In this document: positions 28,370 through 42,463 of the stretch, in pieces
Layout: each line of letters opens with the position of its first letter
Numbering within the stretch: position 1 is the stretch's first letter
Assembly: GCF_009914755.1 (NCBI RefSeq)
Contig: NC_060937.1
Source: the human T2T-CHM13v2.0 reference genome, Homo sapiens
DNA length: 64,000 nt
Direction: 5' to 3' (one strand)
Translations under genes and position numbers: made by a program
The notes under the pieces: generated by a model
Databases searched by the model: none
What the model was told of the DNA's origin: nothing
Seen by the model: the letters and a program-made list of their open reading frames with translations, nothing else

Positions 28370-28735
28370 AGATTCTTCTCCAGGTCAACAGCTGTTGGCC
28401 AGAGGTCATCATCAGCTTTTAGAGGCCACCTGTACCCCCTTCCTTATGTTCCCCGCCATCTTCAAAACTATTAATACCATGTCAAGTCCTTGTCAGGCTT
28501 CAAATATCTCTGTCCTGCCTCTTTCCCTTATCTGTCTGCCTTCTGCTTCTGCTAGTACAGACTCGTGTGATTACACTGGGCCCACCTGGACCACCCAGGA
28601 TCACCTCCCTCTGTTAAAGTCAGGTGAATAGCAACATTAATTACAACTGCAAGTCCCTTCTGCCATGCATATAACATAATCACAAAGCTGGCACCGGGGG
28701 TGAAAGTCATAGTGAACAAAATTCTGCCTACCACA
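28370..28735 (-). mobile_element. MLT1D/MLT1E-like LTR
   Basis: ctcgtgtgattacactgggcccacctggaccacccaggatcacctccct...ctgcaagtcccttctgccatg...attctgcctaccaca. Confidence 0.85.
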
Positions 28736-28832
28736 TTGCATCAGGTTCCAACTTTGTAGCGTGTGTCAGAGCAGCCATTTCAATTCATTTCCTACGTTAT
28801 TAACCTTCTGACTATACCATTAACTTTATGCC

Positions 28833-28952
28833 TAGGGAGACCATATGTCACAATTTGCCTGGGGCAGCTCTGGTTTATGTGTGCTATTTCAAGATTAGAA
28901 TTCACAGCATCTCCTTTGATACTAGCTTGAACATTAAATCAGAGGTCACTTA
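28833..28952 (+). mobile_element. MER94-like (hAT-Blackjack) MITE
   Basis: tagggagaccatatgtcacaatttgcctggggcagctctggtttatg...aaatcagaggtcactta, TAGGGTGACC-type inverted termini. Confidence 0.7.
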
Positions 28953-29019
28953 ATTGTATTCCATGCCCTGTCCCATTGTGTCCAGTTTTCTAGTTTCTAG
29001 AAATTCATTGTCTATTTCA

Positions 29020-29320
29020 TGACTCTTTGCCTTTTTTAACAGCATTTATGCCTTCCACCTTTCAGCCTATCCTTCTCTTTGATGTCTTTCTGGGCATTTT
29101 CTAATTTCTCAGACACAGTTTACCTCCTCTATGAAGCCATCTTTATACCCATTTCTGATAATTTTCCATTTTTTTCTTTGTCCTGTCCCTGTACTTTTAT
29201 ATGCCAGTCTCATAGCAACTAAAACTTTTCTTTTTTTATTCCTGTCTTCTCTTATTAGGCTATAAGTTCTCAAGTCCAGGAAAGGTACCTTATCCTTCTT
29301 GATATTTACACACCCCAAAT
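29020..29320 (+). mobile_element. L2 3' end
   Basis: tacctcctctatgaagccatcttt...ttaggctataagttctcaagtccaggaa. Confidence 0.6.
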
Positions 29321-30663
29321 GGATCAGAGATAACCTGGTCCTTTCCATGATTTGGTCTGAAAAGGAAACAGGTGAACAGGCAACAGCCTGAGGCTCCAGG
29401 GAGTATATTTCAAAAGGAAACCCAACTCCCAAATAAACTCTTGACTTAGAGATTGGCTTGAAACTCACCAACTCTAGGTATCAATAACTGAAATGAAGAC
29501 ACAGTGTCCAGAACGTAAGAACCCATTCACCTGGAGCAGGAGATGTAGCTCGTCCATGCAAGGGTGGCATTAAAATGGAGATGAATTACAAACACATGTT
29601 TTCCTGAAGCTGTTGAAGCTTTGGTTCTTAAACAAAATCAAAGTTTACCATCTGCTGAAATAAGGTTGAGGTTTGTTAACATAGGGACTGGCTTCACCTT
29701 TACTCTCTTTGAAAGATTTGTGGGACAGTTTGCATTAGATGGTCATCAACAAGAACTGCAGTGTAGGTACACAAGAGGAAACATGGGCCATCGTCCTCCA
29801 CCTCTCTCTTTGCATTTCAGGTGAGTCTGAGGAACAGGCTTTCTTAAAGCATATCAGGAAGCAGATTGACTGATATGCAGACTGCGTGACATCCGTTGCA
29901 CTCTTGTGAACTGCCAGCCTGCTCTAAGTGCTGTGCATTGATACCATGGGTGTAATTGGATGGATGCAGTAAATGTGAATTGTAGGTAGCGGTATCAAAA
30001 TTGCCATACGTGGCAGACTCTGTGCTAAATTTGTGCATTCTATAGTTTGGTGTTTCTATGCAAGGTAGCAACTAAGCTTCATTTCCTGAAACTCAGCAAA
30101 ATAAATAAAAAAACCTTTCTGCATAGGAAAGCATTTCCACACTCCATATTATTTTTAGAGAAAAAAAAATGATGATTTGCAAATATAGTCAAATGAAAGT
30201 GCATTTCTAAATGGAACTGATTAGACTAGGTTCTTTGTAGCAAAACGTGTATTCAGTGTTTGGCTTTGTTCTCCCCACCACTGCCTGCCTGATCAATGGA
30301 CTGCACAACTTTTAAAAACATAAGAACATTTTTTGTACTGTACCGCCCATGGTTTATTCTGTAGTTAGATTATTGCTTTTTTCGAATTTGGTAAAAAAAA
30401 AAAGGTGATGCTAACTTCTTTGCAATTGAGAGGCTTGTGGGTCTTTTTAATGACAGAATTTAAAATCTCTACGAGCAAAATTGTTTTGTAAATAACTAAT
30501 TATTATCTCAATAATTTTTACATTTTGTAAAACAACTACAACTCAAGCCATAATTAGGATCACTTGTATAAGTAACCAGTGAATCATGAGCTTCTTGAGG
30601 CTGTGTTGTAACTAGTTTTCCATATTTTCAAAGTGCCCTAAAAGGAAAAGAATGAAGGAAACT

Positions 30664-30855
30664 GGCATTTATTTGACCCTTTTATGTGATAAATACATGC
30701 TTTTACCTTTTTTTCATCAAGTCCTCATGTGAATAATACCTAACATTTATTAAGCAAATCCTCTGTGCCTAACATCAAATTTTTTACGTGGATGGTCACA
30801 TTGACTTTTCACAATGCATCCAGAGGAAGGTGATACTATCCCTATTTTATAGACA
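30664..30855 (-). mobile_element. MIR fragments
   Basis: taatacctaacatttattaagc...tgtgcct...tactatccctattttatagaca. Confidence 0.6.
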
Positions 30856-31269
30856 GTGCATAGCATGGGGAAGCCACTTAACATTAATACAGTGTTTAGG
30901 CAGCAGAGGTGGGATGACATTGGGTGGGTATTTTTCTGTATGGAGAGATGACAAAGCTGAATGACAGAAACATTGGAACAGGATTTAATGTTATACAGAT
31001 TATAAATGGAAATTTGTGAATTCGAACCCTGATTGGCACGATATCAAAGTCAGAGTTCTTTGGAGTATGCTGAGCACCTCTGCTGGGAGCAGTAGAGAAA
31101 CATCCTAAGCCTATAAGGAAAAGAGACACTGAAAACTTCCACTGGAATCTGACACGAGAACCACTTCCACCTGACAGCTGCTAACAGCCGTTCTGGTATC
31201 CCACTTATTAGCAGAAGCGTATTTACCCATGGAGCTTTCCTTTCAACATGGTATTTCTAGAATTCACAC

Positions 31270-31666
31270 TAACACTAACGGCAGATGAACTGGTCTGGAA
31301 GATCCAAGAGGGCTATTCTCACTTTCTTAGCATCTTGGCAGGAAATCTGGAATTCTGGACTAGGCAGGAACTGTCCATCAGAACACCTCCATGTGTCTTC
31401 CCCAGTACAGCAGTGAGGTGGTTGTTAGACTTACATAGCATCTCGGGTCTCACTGAGAAAGTGTTCCAAGAGAGCTGGAAAGAAGCTTCAAGGATTCATA
31501 TGACCTAGTCTTGGAAGTCCAATAACATAATGTTTTTTTTTTTGTCCCACCTTCTGTTGGACAAGAAGTCAATAAAATGAGCCCACATTCAAGGTGAGGT
31601 GAATTTGCTTCCCTATTTCAATGGGAGAAATAGTAAGGAATTTCTGGCAATCTCCAATTTACTAAA
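31270..31666 (-). mobile_element. MLT1G/H-like LTR
   Basis: ctggaagatccaagagggc...tgacctagtcttggaagtcc...ttctgttggacaagaagtc...gcccacattcaaggtgagg. Confidence 0.75.
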
Positions 31667-31859
31667 GGAAGAAAAATATCAAATTGTAAGTAAACAGAAT
31701 ATCACACTATTAGTTATGGCAAAATGGTTGCTACAGGACTAGCCTACCTTCTGTAAACAACCATTAATAATTATTATTATAGTTATAATAATAATAATAA
31801 ATGTAATGGATTGGAACCCATCAAATACCTCTGGCTAGAGTACTTAATTTAAATATTCA

Positions 31860-33410
31860 GCACTCAAGACAGTGTGATATTGGCATAAAGAAAGAACATT
31901 ATTGAGAGCCCAAAACTGGAAATGCACAAATATTATTATTTGATTTTTGAGAAATATCAGAATTCAGTGGGAGAAAGGACAAACATAATTCAATCAGAAA
32001 AGAACAGGAATAGGACAATCTTTTAAATAAATGTTGGTAGAACAAGTTGATTCCACCTGGAAAAGGTAAATACCACCACCTCACACCATACACAAAAATA
32101 ACTCAAAACTAAATATAGACAAAAAAGCAAAAATCATATTATAAACTTGTAAAAGAAAGGATAAGATAAAAATTTCAGACTTGTGGGGTGGGGAAACATT
32201 TCTTAGAATACAAAAGCACTAAGTGCTAAAAAATAAAAGATTACATTTCACCAAGATAAAATTTTGTTCTTCAAAAGGTTTCTCTAAGACCATGAAAATG
32301 TAAGCCACAGACTGAGAGAAAAATATTTGCAGTGCACATATCTGACAAAGAAAGTGTATTAATAATATGTAAAGAACCCTTAAAACTGAAAAATAAGAAG
32401 ATGTAACCCAATTTAAAAAGAAACAATTCTGAACATACACATTGCAAAAAAGGACATATGAATGCTCAATAAGCAAGAAAAGAAAAGATGTTCAGTACCA
32501 TTATTCTTCAAGGAAATTCAAGTTAATATACACCTACTAGAATTACTGAAATTAAATAATTTTCCTATGTTGCTAATGGGAATGTAAAATTACTCAGCTG
32601 TTGTGAAATCGTCCTCCATGGGTCTCTCCTAATACCACACGTTTTCTGGATACTTCAAAATATCTAGAAAAGTATCTAGTATCAAACTCTCCTACTTTTT
32701 ATTATTTTTTAACCTGGGCCATTTCTCAGGGTTATGATTGCAATGAGCCACTTTGAGGGACGAGGAAATGTTTTTATCCAAGACAAAGTTTAGGTTTGCT
32801 CACCAGTTATCTTAAAATGAAGAGTTCCCCAAGATCACTCTTCCTCTCCTGTAATCTTCAGCCACCCATCTGGGCCCTCTGTGTCATCCCTGTGGGACGT
32901 GGACGATACAAAAAGCCAAGTCAAACATGATGCTCATGCTGATTGCTCTACTGTGGATAATAAAGTCCTGTTTCTCTGACCCAGAAGTTTTGTGTCTTCT
33001 GCTTGCATCCATAAGGCATTAATAAACTAACATGTTAGCTTATAAGTAGGTTAAAATCTCAGACCCTAACAATAGTCGCTTAGAGAAAGTTCTGCATTTC
33101 GTATTTCAATTTATGCATACCACATGACCAGAAAACCCCACTGTTAAACATTTCCCTAAGAAAAATAAATACATAAGTCCACAAAATAATTGTAGATGAA
33201 TTTTATATAACTGGATTCAGTTGGTATATCTGTATACAAATTATGACTCAGCAATAAAAAAGGGCAAATCTGATGCAATGTGGACAAATCTTAAAAATAT
33301 TACACTAAAACACAAAACATTGTGTCTTTCAAAGCCCGACACAAGAGAATGCATATTCTAAAATTCAATTTCTTATGATTTTCTAAAACTGAAACGTAAC
33401 TTGTAGTGAC
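31860..33410 (+). mobile_element. Old L1M (MC/ME) ORF2 3' region and 3'UTR, interrupted at 32599-33071
   Basis: caagacagtgtgatattggcataaagaaaga; cctcacaccatacacaaaaataactcaaa; gccacagactgagagaaaaatatttgca. Confidence 0.8.
32599..33071 (+). mobile_element. ERVL-type solo LTR (LTR40-like)
   Basis: tgttgtgaaatcgtcctccatgggtctctc...aataaagtcctgtttctctgacccagaag...gttagcttataagtaggttaaaatctcagaccc. Confidence 0.7.
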
Positions 33411-33429
33411 AGATTTTTATTTGTAAAGG

Positions 33430-36085
33430 CAAAAATTATGATATTTTGTTTTGGGGATGTTAAGTTTGAGATGTATCTTGAGATCACCAAGTGAAAATGT
33501 TGCATATTCAGTTATATGTTAATTTGTGAAGGAGCAACATTTTAGGGTGGAGATCAATCTGAAGCAGAGGCAAAGCAACAAGAGCAAAATGATGCAATTG
33601 TAGTTACTGAAGTCAAATGATGGTCACATTTTATAAAATCTGGAATGGTCCAGAAAGTTGAATATCCATGAGTCTTCTGATAAATTGGGAACGGAAAGGG
33701 TATCTGTTGCCTTTAGGGACACACATACGACTAATAACATTAAAGGGTGTTTACATGCATTGCCAGGATGAAATACAAAATGAAAAAGGTTGAGAAGCTG
33801 GAGGGAGCTCACAAAATGGGAATGGAGAGAACAAAACTATTTTTTTAAACTGATTATAAACAGTTGTTTAGCACTAGGGACATGGTAAATGGAGTGATAA
33901 GTAGCATTTAGGAAGGATCTTTAGCTATTTTATTTATTTTATTTTTTGAAGAGACCTATGCATGCATTGAAGCTGATAGAACTTATACAGGAAGGAAATC
34001 CAAGCTCATAATTTACATCTGAGGAGAAGGTAGGATATTTCTTCTTCTTTTCTTACTGTGGGAAGAAGGTAGCATTCTCTGCTAGCATACATTGATAGAA
34101 GGCTAAGAGACCAGAGAGAAGTTGAATTCAAATCTTCAAATATGATGGTCTGTTTTTGTCAGATTTCCCTAGGTTGGAGTGTGCTGTGGAATAGTCCCCA
34201 AATCTCAGTGGCTCACGGTAGCTTTTTTCTCACTGACATTGCATTTCACCTCTGGGTTAAATATGGTTTTTCTCCTCATGCCGTTTCACCAGATTGAAAG
34301 AGCAGCTTCTATTTGAAACGTCGTTCTCAGGCAAAAGGGAAAAGGGAGACAGCCAAACCATGCAACGGCCCTTAAAGCTCTTTCTCAGACATGCGGAAGT
34401 CTCCTGTTTTGAAAGGTGACAATCCTTCAAGCAGTGTAACAAAAGCAGAGGCTTGCACACAGAGAGAAGACAAAGTGCAAAGGCCTCAAGACCCAAACTG
34501 AATCTGCTGTTTAGGGAAGAGAAAACGCTAGTGAGTCAAGTGCAGCGATGGGGGATGATGGGATGAGAGATAGGAGCAAAGGTGACATCCCAATCAGTCA
34601 TCCATGCATGGAAGGGCACAGACTGGCCCTTACCATTTGCCAAACACAGAGCCAGGCATAGGAAGAACATCATGGTTGAGATCAGAAGGCCCATGATGTG
34701 ATGAAAGGGTGGAGGATTAGGACATGTAATCTTCCAATTACAGTTACAGTGAGGACCATGATGATGGTAATAGGGGAAGCCATGCAGTGCCCAGCATCCT
34801 CAGTGTGGTAAGTACAAAGAGGGAGGTGATGACAGGGTCACAGATACAACCTGCCTGCAGCATTATCTATGATAGATGTGTCCAGCTCTGGAAAAGCTTT
34901 CTAAACTATGGTAAGAAGTTTGGACTTCATTTAGAGGGTAATGGTAAGATATTGAATTATTTGAAGAAGTGAATAATATAATCGTAGCTCCATTGTAGAA
35001 AATAAAACCTCTAGAATAAATTCTTTTAACGAACAGATGGAAAAGATTAAAAGAATCTGGTCATATTTTAGGCAAGTAATTACAGTAGCCTGAAGTAAGG
35101 CTGTAATCACCACACTAGAGCGGAGTGAGTATATTTGAGAGGCATTAAGAGAATTGAAGCAATAGGATGTTGTGGCTGATCAGAAAAAAGGAGGCTGGTT
35201 AGTGATGAAGCAGAGGAGAAAGAAAATCAGGGATGATTACTACAAAACTTCTAGGAGGAATGGAGTTGTTGACAAAACATCTTCTAAACAAGGGAACACG
35301 AAGGACAAAGTATAGATATGGAGGTTATTTGAAGGTAATGATTTCAGTCTTGCAGCTTGAGATACCTGGTAGATATCAGGTAAATATCCTTTGTAAACCA
35401 AATAAAGCTGTAAGAGTGAGTCTGAACTGAGTGAAAGATTAAGAAGTCCTCAGCAATACCCTGGGATAAATAAGATTGTTTAGGGACTGTATGAGTTACC
35501 TGCTGTTAATTATGACAAGCCGTTGAAGGGCTTTAACCTAGAAAAATGGTTTCTATTTCAGAGAGAGTGTTCTGATAGCAGTATTAATGGGAAGCAGAAT
35601 AACCAGGTGAGAATGTAATCTTCAATAGACAGAGTGAGAAATAATACAGGTTTTAACCAAGAAACTAGTCATGAGAATGACAGTGGGTATGAAAATACGT
35701 TAATAGCCTCAAGAGATGTTAAGAAACTTTGTAAATGGCACTTGGCAGTTGATTGAGTATAGCAGTTGAAGGAGTGAGAGGAGAAGTTGAGTTTCAGTTT
35801 CTTGATTATCATTTTTATAGTTACAATCAAGGTAGAGATGTATGAGAAATAGCCGGTTAAAGAAACAGCATTACTTTCAGACTATCTTTTATTTGAAATA
35901 CACGTGGGGAAACCAGAAGGTGAAACCCCTTAGGAGATGGATATAGGATACTAAAATCTGAGTTAGAAAAATTTGAGCATCAGCACCTTATGTGTCATGC
36001 TAAGATAGTGAATGAGACTGCACAGGAATTGCATGCAGTTTAACAGAAAAAGAAGTCGAAAGATAAATTCCTAGAACACTAACAC
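33430..36085 (-). mobile_element. Fragmented L2, with an MLT1K-like piece at ~34160-34400
   Basis: Purine-rich antisense L2 motifs (ttttgttttggggatgttaagtttgagatg; atggtaagaagtttggacttcatttagagggtaatgg); ccccaaatctcagtggct in the MLT1 part. Confidence 0.6.
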
Positions 36086-36214
36086 CGAGTTATGGGAGGA
36101 GAAATATCCTGCACAGGTCACTCTGGGAGACATGTCAATTGTTTAGCCAATATCCATTTAACTCATCTTTCTTCCTAATGAAAACCGAATTTGGAGAAGC
36201 AGGCAGTGCCCCTG

Positions 36215-36660
36215 GCTAGAAATATGAACCTTCCCAGCTTCTCTCATGCACTGAACTGACAAAGTTCAGGTCTGGCATAATTCAGGCCAAGGATACCTAA
36301 GGAGACATGGCTGCCAGGGTCTTAGGGACACTTTTCCTTTCTGATTCATTGAATAAAGAATTTAAAAAACAAACTAATTTTGTCCTTTTTTTTTTGTCTT
36401 AGACACACAAGCATTGTCCATGGCATTTCAAACCTGAGGTTCCCATAAGGCAACAAACATGAGAACAAAAGCCAAAATGATATGGAAGACGGAGCAGAAA
36501 TAGGAAAATGCTTAGACCTCTGGCCACATTGCCAAAGGGCTGCACCAACCTTGAACTCCTTAACTCCAGATGTTAGGTTTGAAATCTGAAAAAAATTCTT
36601 GTTTATTTTGGTTATTGTTGCGTTTTTGAATCTCCTACAGTTAAATGCATTCTTAACGAT
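36215..36660 (+). mobile_element. Old MLT1 (J/K-like) LTR
   Basis: gagaacaaaagccaaa...ggagcagaaa...gctgcaccaaccttgaactcc...ttaaatgcattcttaac. Confidence 0.5.
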
Positions 36661-36997
36661 GAAGATGCTGAGAAGAAACCTCACATACTGGAGGAGAACC
36701 AAGGGTGGATAGTTTCACAGAACAGAGGAGAGTATCCCATGGGGTAAAAAGTCTAAAGTGAGGAGAGCCAAACGGAAATGTACTCCCAAGATAATTCACA
36801 GATAATGCTTCAGACTCAGTCAGAAAGCCACTCTTGCCCCAAGCTGTCAGAAAACTTTGGGTATAAAGGTCAAATTGCAGAGTTTTCAAGCATGAAACAG
36901 AGGTAAGAATCTGGAAACCATGAGAAATAGAAACTTTTTTTAAGCAGATTGTTTGAAGAAACAGTAAGGGGTAGGTTAACAGAAAGACTATAGCAGA

Positions 36998-37170
36998 GGA
37001 GTCAGCAATCTACCGGCCACCATTGGGCCACCTGTTTCTGTGAATAAAGTTTTATTGAAAAAAGTTATGCCCACTCATTTTTATATTGTCATAGCTGTTT
37101 TCATTGCAATCACATAGTTGAGTAATTGTGATAGAGTCCATATGGTCCACAGAGCCAAAAACATGTATGG
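36998..37170 (+). mobile_element. MER58A (hAT-Charlie) MITE
   Basis: ggagtcagcaatctaccggcc...cctgtttctgtgaataaagttttattgaaa...agttgagtaattgtgatagagtccatatggtccacagagcc. Confidence 0.82.
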
Positions 37171-37199
37171 ATATAGAGCATCAGGGGAAGGTTTTGCTC

Positions 37200-37502
37200 T
37201 TTTTTTTTTTTTTTTTTTTTTTAAAGACAGAGTCTCACTCTGCCACCTAGGCTGGAATGCAGTAGTGTGATCTCAGCTCACTGCAATCTCCGCCTCCCAG
37301 GTTCAAGTGATTCTCTTCCCTCAGCCTCCTGAGTAGCTGGGATTACAGGTACGTGCCACCATGCCTGGCTAATTTTGTATTTTTAGTAGAGACGGGGTTT
37401 CACCATGTTGATCAGGCTGATCTTGAACTCCTGACCTCCTGATCCACCTGCCTTGGCCTCCCAAAGTGCTGGGATTACAGGCGTGAGCCACCATGCCCAG
37501 CC
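37200..37502 (-). mobile_element. AluS (Sg-like)
   Basis: Full dimer with poly-T; gacctcctgatcc lacks the AG of Sx. Confidence 0.95.
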
Positions 37503-37539
37503 TTGTTCTTGTTTTCAGGGAGAGAACAACATTGACATA

Positions 37540-37924
37540 TGATATGGTTTGGCTGTGTGTAGGGACAGATCTCACGTTGAATTGTAATCCCCAGTGTTGG
37601 AGATGAGGCCTGGTGGGAAGTGATTGGATCATGGGGGTGGTTTCTAATGGTTAGCACCATCTCCTTAGTGTTGTCTTGTGATAGAGTTCTCAGGAGACCT
37701 GGTTGTTTAAATGTGTGTGGCACCTCACGCACCCTTCGTGCTCCCACTATGTAAGACATGTCTGCTTTCCCTTCACCTTCTGCCATGATCATAAGTTTCC
37801 TGAGGCCACCCCAACCATGCTTCCTGTACAGCCTGCAGAAACATAAGCCAATTAAACTTCCTTTCTTTATGAATTACCCAGTTTCAGGTATTAATTTATA
37901 ACAGTATGAGAAAGGACTAATACA
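37540..37924 (+). mobile_element. MSTA (MaLR) solo LTR
   Basis: tgatatggtttggctgtg...gtgattggatcatgggggtggtttctaatggttagcaccatc...ccatgcttcctgtacagcctgcagaa...ggactaataca. Confidence 0.92.
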
Positions 37925-38662
37925 CCACACTTATAGGAATGGAGAAAAACTGCAGAAAAATGAGAGAAGTGGTTACATTATTAACACAATGACCTCAGAG
38001 GATGGGGTAGATGTGTTGGACGGGGTAGATGTGTTACTACAGTCCAGAGGAAGGATGATTTGTGATGGGGTACATGGGAAGTTGGAAGCTCCTTGTTTTC
38101 TTTCTGGAAAGGGGGTTTAAATATCCTATTAAAAGTGATTAGTAAGGACACCATGACACCATGATCTCAGGTTACCATCTCCAAAAATGCTGTCTGGGAA
38201 GTTCTAACAAAAGATTCTTTAATAAAGTAAACACAGGTATGATATATTTCTATGCTCCTAAAACTCCTAAAACACCCAAATCAATAAAAGTATTACCTGT
38301 TAATAACAATATGCTTGGATTTAACACCAAATTTATTTATTTTTAGATAAAATTATATTTTATTTCATTATAGTTTTTCCTCCATGACTTTAAAACTCAG
38401 AAAGTTGTAGATCTGAAATAGACACCATTATCATTATTCAATAACTAAAAAATAAATAAACAAATAAAGATCATTAGAAGACTACCAGCATTTTGATAAT
38501 AGAGAAAAGATAACAGGTAAAATTTGATCATGAGAACGAGACACACTCTCCTTCATGTTTTATGTATTAACATTACAAATAATGCACAAAGGAACCCTGT
38601 GTAGACAGTCATGTGTGTTTAAGAAACATAGATTTAACAGATATCTTACTATTTCATTCAGG

Positions 38663-38995
38663 TTTTATGACAGATTGAAAGTATTTGCTCCCCTGTCCTA
38701 TAGGAAGATCACACCTCCCACCCTGATGACATCAGGCTTGACCATGTGACCTGCATTGGCCAAGGAAATGTGAGCAGAAAGGATGTCTATTACTTTAAGA
38801 ACCATCATATGACTCCTACTTTTTTTCTAGGGAAACTTCAGTGTCACAAAGAGGGGACTCCTTCCACCTGGATCCAAAAGGGTAAAAGACACAAAGATCA
38901 CAGTCAGTGGACCAGTGGAGAACTTTTCATGGGAGTGAGAAATACGCATCTGCTGTTAAGAGTCACTGACAGATGAAGATACTTTGTGTAAACCC
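38663..38995 (+). mobile_element. MLT1I/J-like LTR
   Basis: gacatcaggcttgaccatgtgacctgcattggccaaggaaatgtgagcagaa...gtgagaaata...gttaagagtcactga. Confidence 0.7.
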
Positions 38996-39383
38996 ATGGA
39001 AATATATTTTACTTGAAAATTATTTCATTAATCCTGATATTACTTAAACTTCCCCCTTCTTTTAAATTTTACACTAAAGAGGCCTACAGAAACACATACC
39101 AAGTAATGCAGTGGGATTTCCTTATGGAGTTGATATAAAAGAACAGAGGTATCAGGTAATTCTAAACTCCCCAAAGACACCTGACCGCTTGACATGAACA
39201 AAAAATGTTTTATGATGTTAATTTATGGAGAACATGGGTTTTGATTTGTAAAAGAAGTTGGGATTTCCTTAATTAATATTTACTTCCCAGGAAGAAATTT
39301 TAAATCTGTGGTGTTAGAGGCTTTATATGACAAGATGGCTAAAATTATTCAGTTTGAAGACATATTGTTACATAATGACCCTC

Positions 39384-39756
<373 letters not shown>

Positions 39757-39759
39757 TTT

Positions 39760-39935
39760 GTATGGGGGCATATATCCATCATCACAAACATCACAAACAT
39801 TTATTTTTGCTTTGTATTACAAACAATCCAATTATACTCTTTCAGTTCTATTAAAATGTACAATATATTACTGTCGACTGTTGTCACCTGTTACGCAATC
39901 AAATACTAGATTTTATTCACTGTAACTATATTATA
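39760..39935 (-). mobile_element. L1MA 3' end fragment
   Basis: tgtattacaaacaatccaattatactctttcag...aaatgtacaat...caaatactagattttattc. Confidence 0.8.
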
Positions 39936-41029
39936 TGTGCGTATATATTGTATTTCAGTTTTTCAGATTATTTTGGATGATGATAATATTTTAGATTTCA
40001 GTCTCATGTTAGAAACCTGTATTAAAAAACATCAAGATATAGTTACTTGAAACTAATTTATTTTGATAAATATTACAAATGAGAATTTTTAAGATAAATT
40101 AACAAATCCTGTCAAGGTTTTAGATGTAGAATAAAAGTGTGAAAGATTAAAAAAAATAACTGTTACAGGGGATTATTTGGAGAGCAGAAGTGCAGATGAA
40201 AGATGCATTCACAAAAGAATCTAAAGTTGGCTGACCCAGAATAAAAGTAAGACTCTCAAACCATTTAGAATACTGGTTTAATGTTTTCTAGATGCAGTTT
40301 ACAATCTATTAGCATCTCCAATAGAGATCTCTAGTACCTAGTATAGGTCAGTTTTTAAAACTCGGATTGAGGTCTCAATATCTGGGGAGGAAATAGTGGG
40401 AGAAAATTATTTATGTATTCTATTGGGCTATTAGAGGAGGGCTAATTATTGCGTTACTTAGAGCCTCAAGGCTTCTTTAGTAATATTTTATGAGTGCTTA
40501 AATCATGATATTCAAAAGGAGGGTTGAGTTATATGAAACAGCAAGAATGTAGACATGACATAATGAGTGTGAGAATTTGCACAAAATATTCAAATGACCT
40601 GAATAGCTATCCTAGTTCATTCCTTTAAATATTAAAAGCTAGATGTCAAGTTGTCTCAATTTAAAAACCACTTAAAAAGCTGTATCAGCCATTTCAAAAA
40701 TAGGACCTATTATACATATAAAGCAGTGTAGTTCTATATTGGTTCATGTAAACTTCCTAATTAATAAAATCAACAACAGCCGTGACTTGAGTTTCCAGGA
40801 AACTCTAGATAAGTTCCTTAATATGTTGAGTACTTGTAAAATAATTAAAACATATTTTTGCTCTTTACAGGAGAATTCAGTTACATTGTTATCTGACCTC
40901 GAATACTGAATGTCATCAGGTCTATGTAACTTACTCAGGTTGAATCTTGAATATATCAAGAATATATTCAGAATATACACCCTGGAAATATTCAAAATAG
41001 CGTTGGAATAAGATATAACTTATTCAGGG

Positions 41030-41430
41030 AAATCTTGGAGTCACAGTTGACTTTCTTTTACATGTCTTAATCCCCTCATGTAGTTGCTAAGAACTGCTGA
41101 TTCAGGCTTCTTAAATTCCCTCACAGCAACCCCCCTGCCGGCACATTAAACTAGTACATGAGACAAACACCTGCAATGACCTGCTCACTGGAGACTTCTC
41201 GCCAACCACCCATGCATGCCAGCTGGCTGCTTCCAAAATACGATTTTGCTTATGTTGAATCCATTCTCAGGATTTCAGAGGCTCCTCACTGCCTACAAAA
41301 TTCAAATTCCTCGGTCTTACTTTAGAGACACTGATATCAATTATTTCATTACTTTATCTGCTTCACTTTTACTCTCCCCTCTGTGAAAGTTTCATTCTGA
41401 CCAACGCAGACTACTGGCCTTCTGGAATAT
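41030..41430 (+). mobile_element. L2 fragment
   Basis: aaatcttggagtcacagttgactttc...tttcagaggctcctcactgcctacaaaattcaaattcctc. Confidence 0.55.
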
Positions 41431-41603
41431 TTGTTAATTATTAAACTTTACCCCGTATTTATTTCTGCATATTATTTTCATTAAAAATTACTTATATTTT
41501 TTGAAAAGAAATCCCATATTTATTCATTACCTAAATTACCAAGACACTAAATTATATTAGGCATCATTGTGAAATCATTAATAAGATGTACTCTCTTATC
41601 AAA

Positions 41604-41689
41604 GTTTTTTTGTTTTTTTTTTTAGTTTTATTATTGTTATACTTTAAGTTTTAGGGTACATGTGCACAACGTGCAGGTTTGTTACATAT
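41604..41689 (-). mobile_element. L1PA (roughly PA3-PA5) extreme 3' end, ~85 bp
   Basis: poly-T followed by attattgttatactttaagttttagggtacatgtgcacaacgtgcaggtttgttacatat. Confidence 0.9.
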
Positions 41690-42399
41690 CTATCTTTTAA
41701 TATAGAACTTCAAAACCTAGGAAGCTTCCTTAACCATTGATACTGCATTATTTCATACCGCTGTGTTTCAGAAATTTGTATTTCTTACTCACCAGCATAA
41801 AAATTTCATTTGGAGGCTTGTGGTTAATTAATTTCTGTCACCCTCAGTCACTTCCCAAAGTCCATCTGTAATATATAGCACATCTTATCTCCAAATAAAT
41901 GTTACGGCAGCAGTCAGAAACCCACATCACTAATAGGGTTTAGCCAAATTTGAGTAGAAGCCTTTTGACTGGGAGGGTCAGATAGAATTCACTCAGTAAA
42001 GATTTTTCATTAATAACATCTTGAAAAGTTCTTTAATTCAGGATTGTACAACAATTATGATGGCATGAGAGTGAACTATCCCACCATGAAATTAAAGCTT
42101 TAAGTATATTATTATATGACTAACTTAACCCTTCCTCATAAAGCCCTTAGTACAGCACCTGCTGTATAACACTCTGTTAATATCAGTTTCCATCCTTGTT
42201 TAGGCCCATGCCACCTACATTAAAGGTGAACACTGTGTAGTGGACTAACGACAACAACCTATTGGTATTTCTTCACATGAACTATGAGAAAACACTTTGG
42301 CAGGTGCAGGCTAGAAAATTACTTTCACGCGTATTCTCATTTAAATTTCTAACTTTTGATGACCTTCTGTGAGTCTCTCCTTCTTGTCATAAACTTGTC

Positions 42400-42401
<2 letters not shown>

Positions 42402-42434
<33 letters not shown>

Positions 42435-42463
42435 ACGCACGCACACACAAGCACACATACACA
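42402..42463. repeat. (CA)15 microsatellite with degenerate extension
   Basis: Perfect CA run at 42402-42431. Confidence 0.95.

Noticed and set aside
36000-36275. Vague recollection that this stretch resembles a published human chromosome 21 SNP amplicon
   Set aside because: Cannot be verified without BLAT, so no locus or gene assignment is made
38001-38035. 18-bp tandem duplication (ga.ggggtagatgtgtt x2)
   Set aside because: Ordinary short slippage duplication with no further structure
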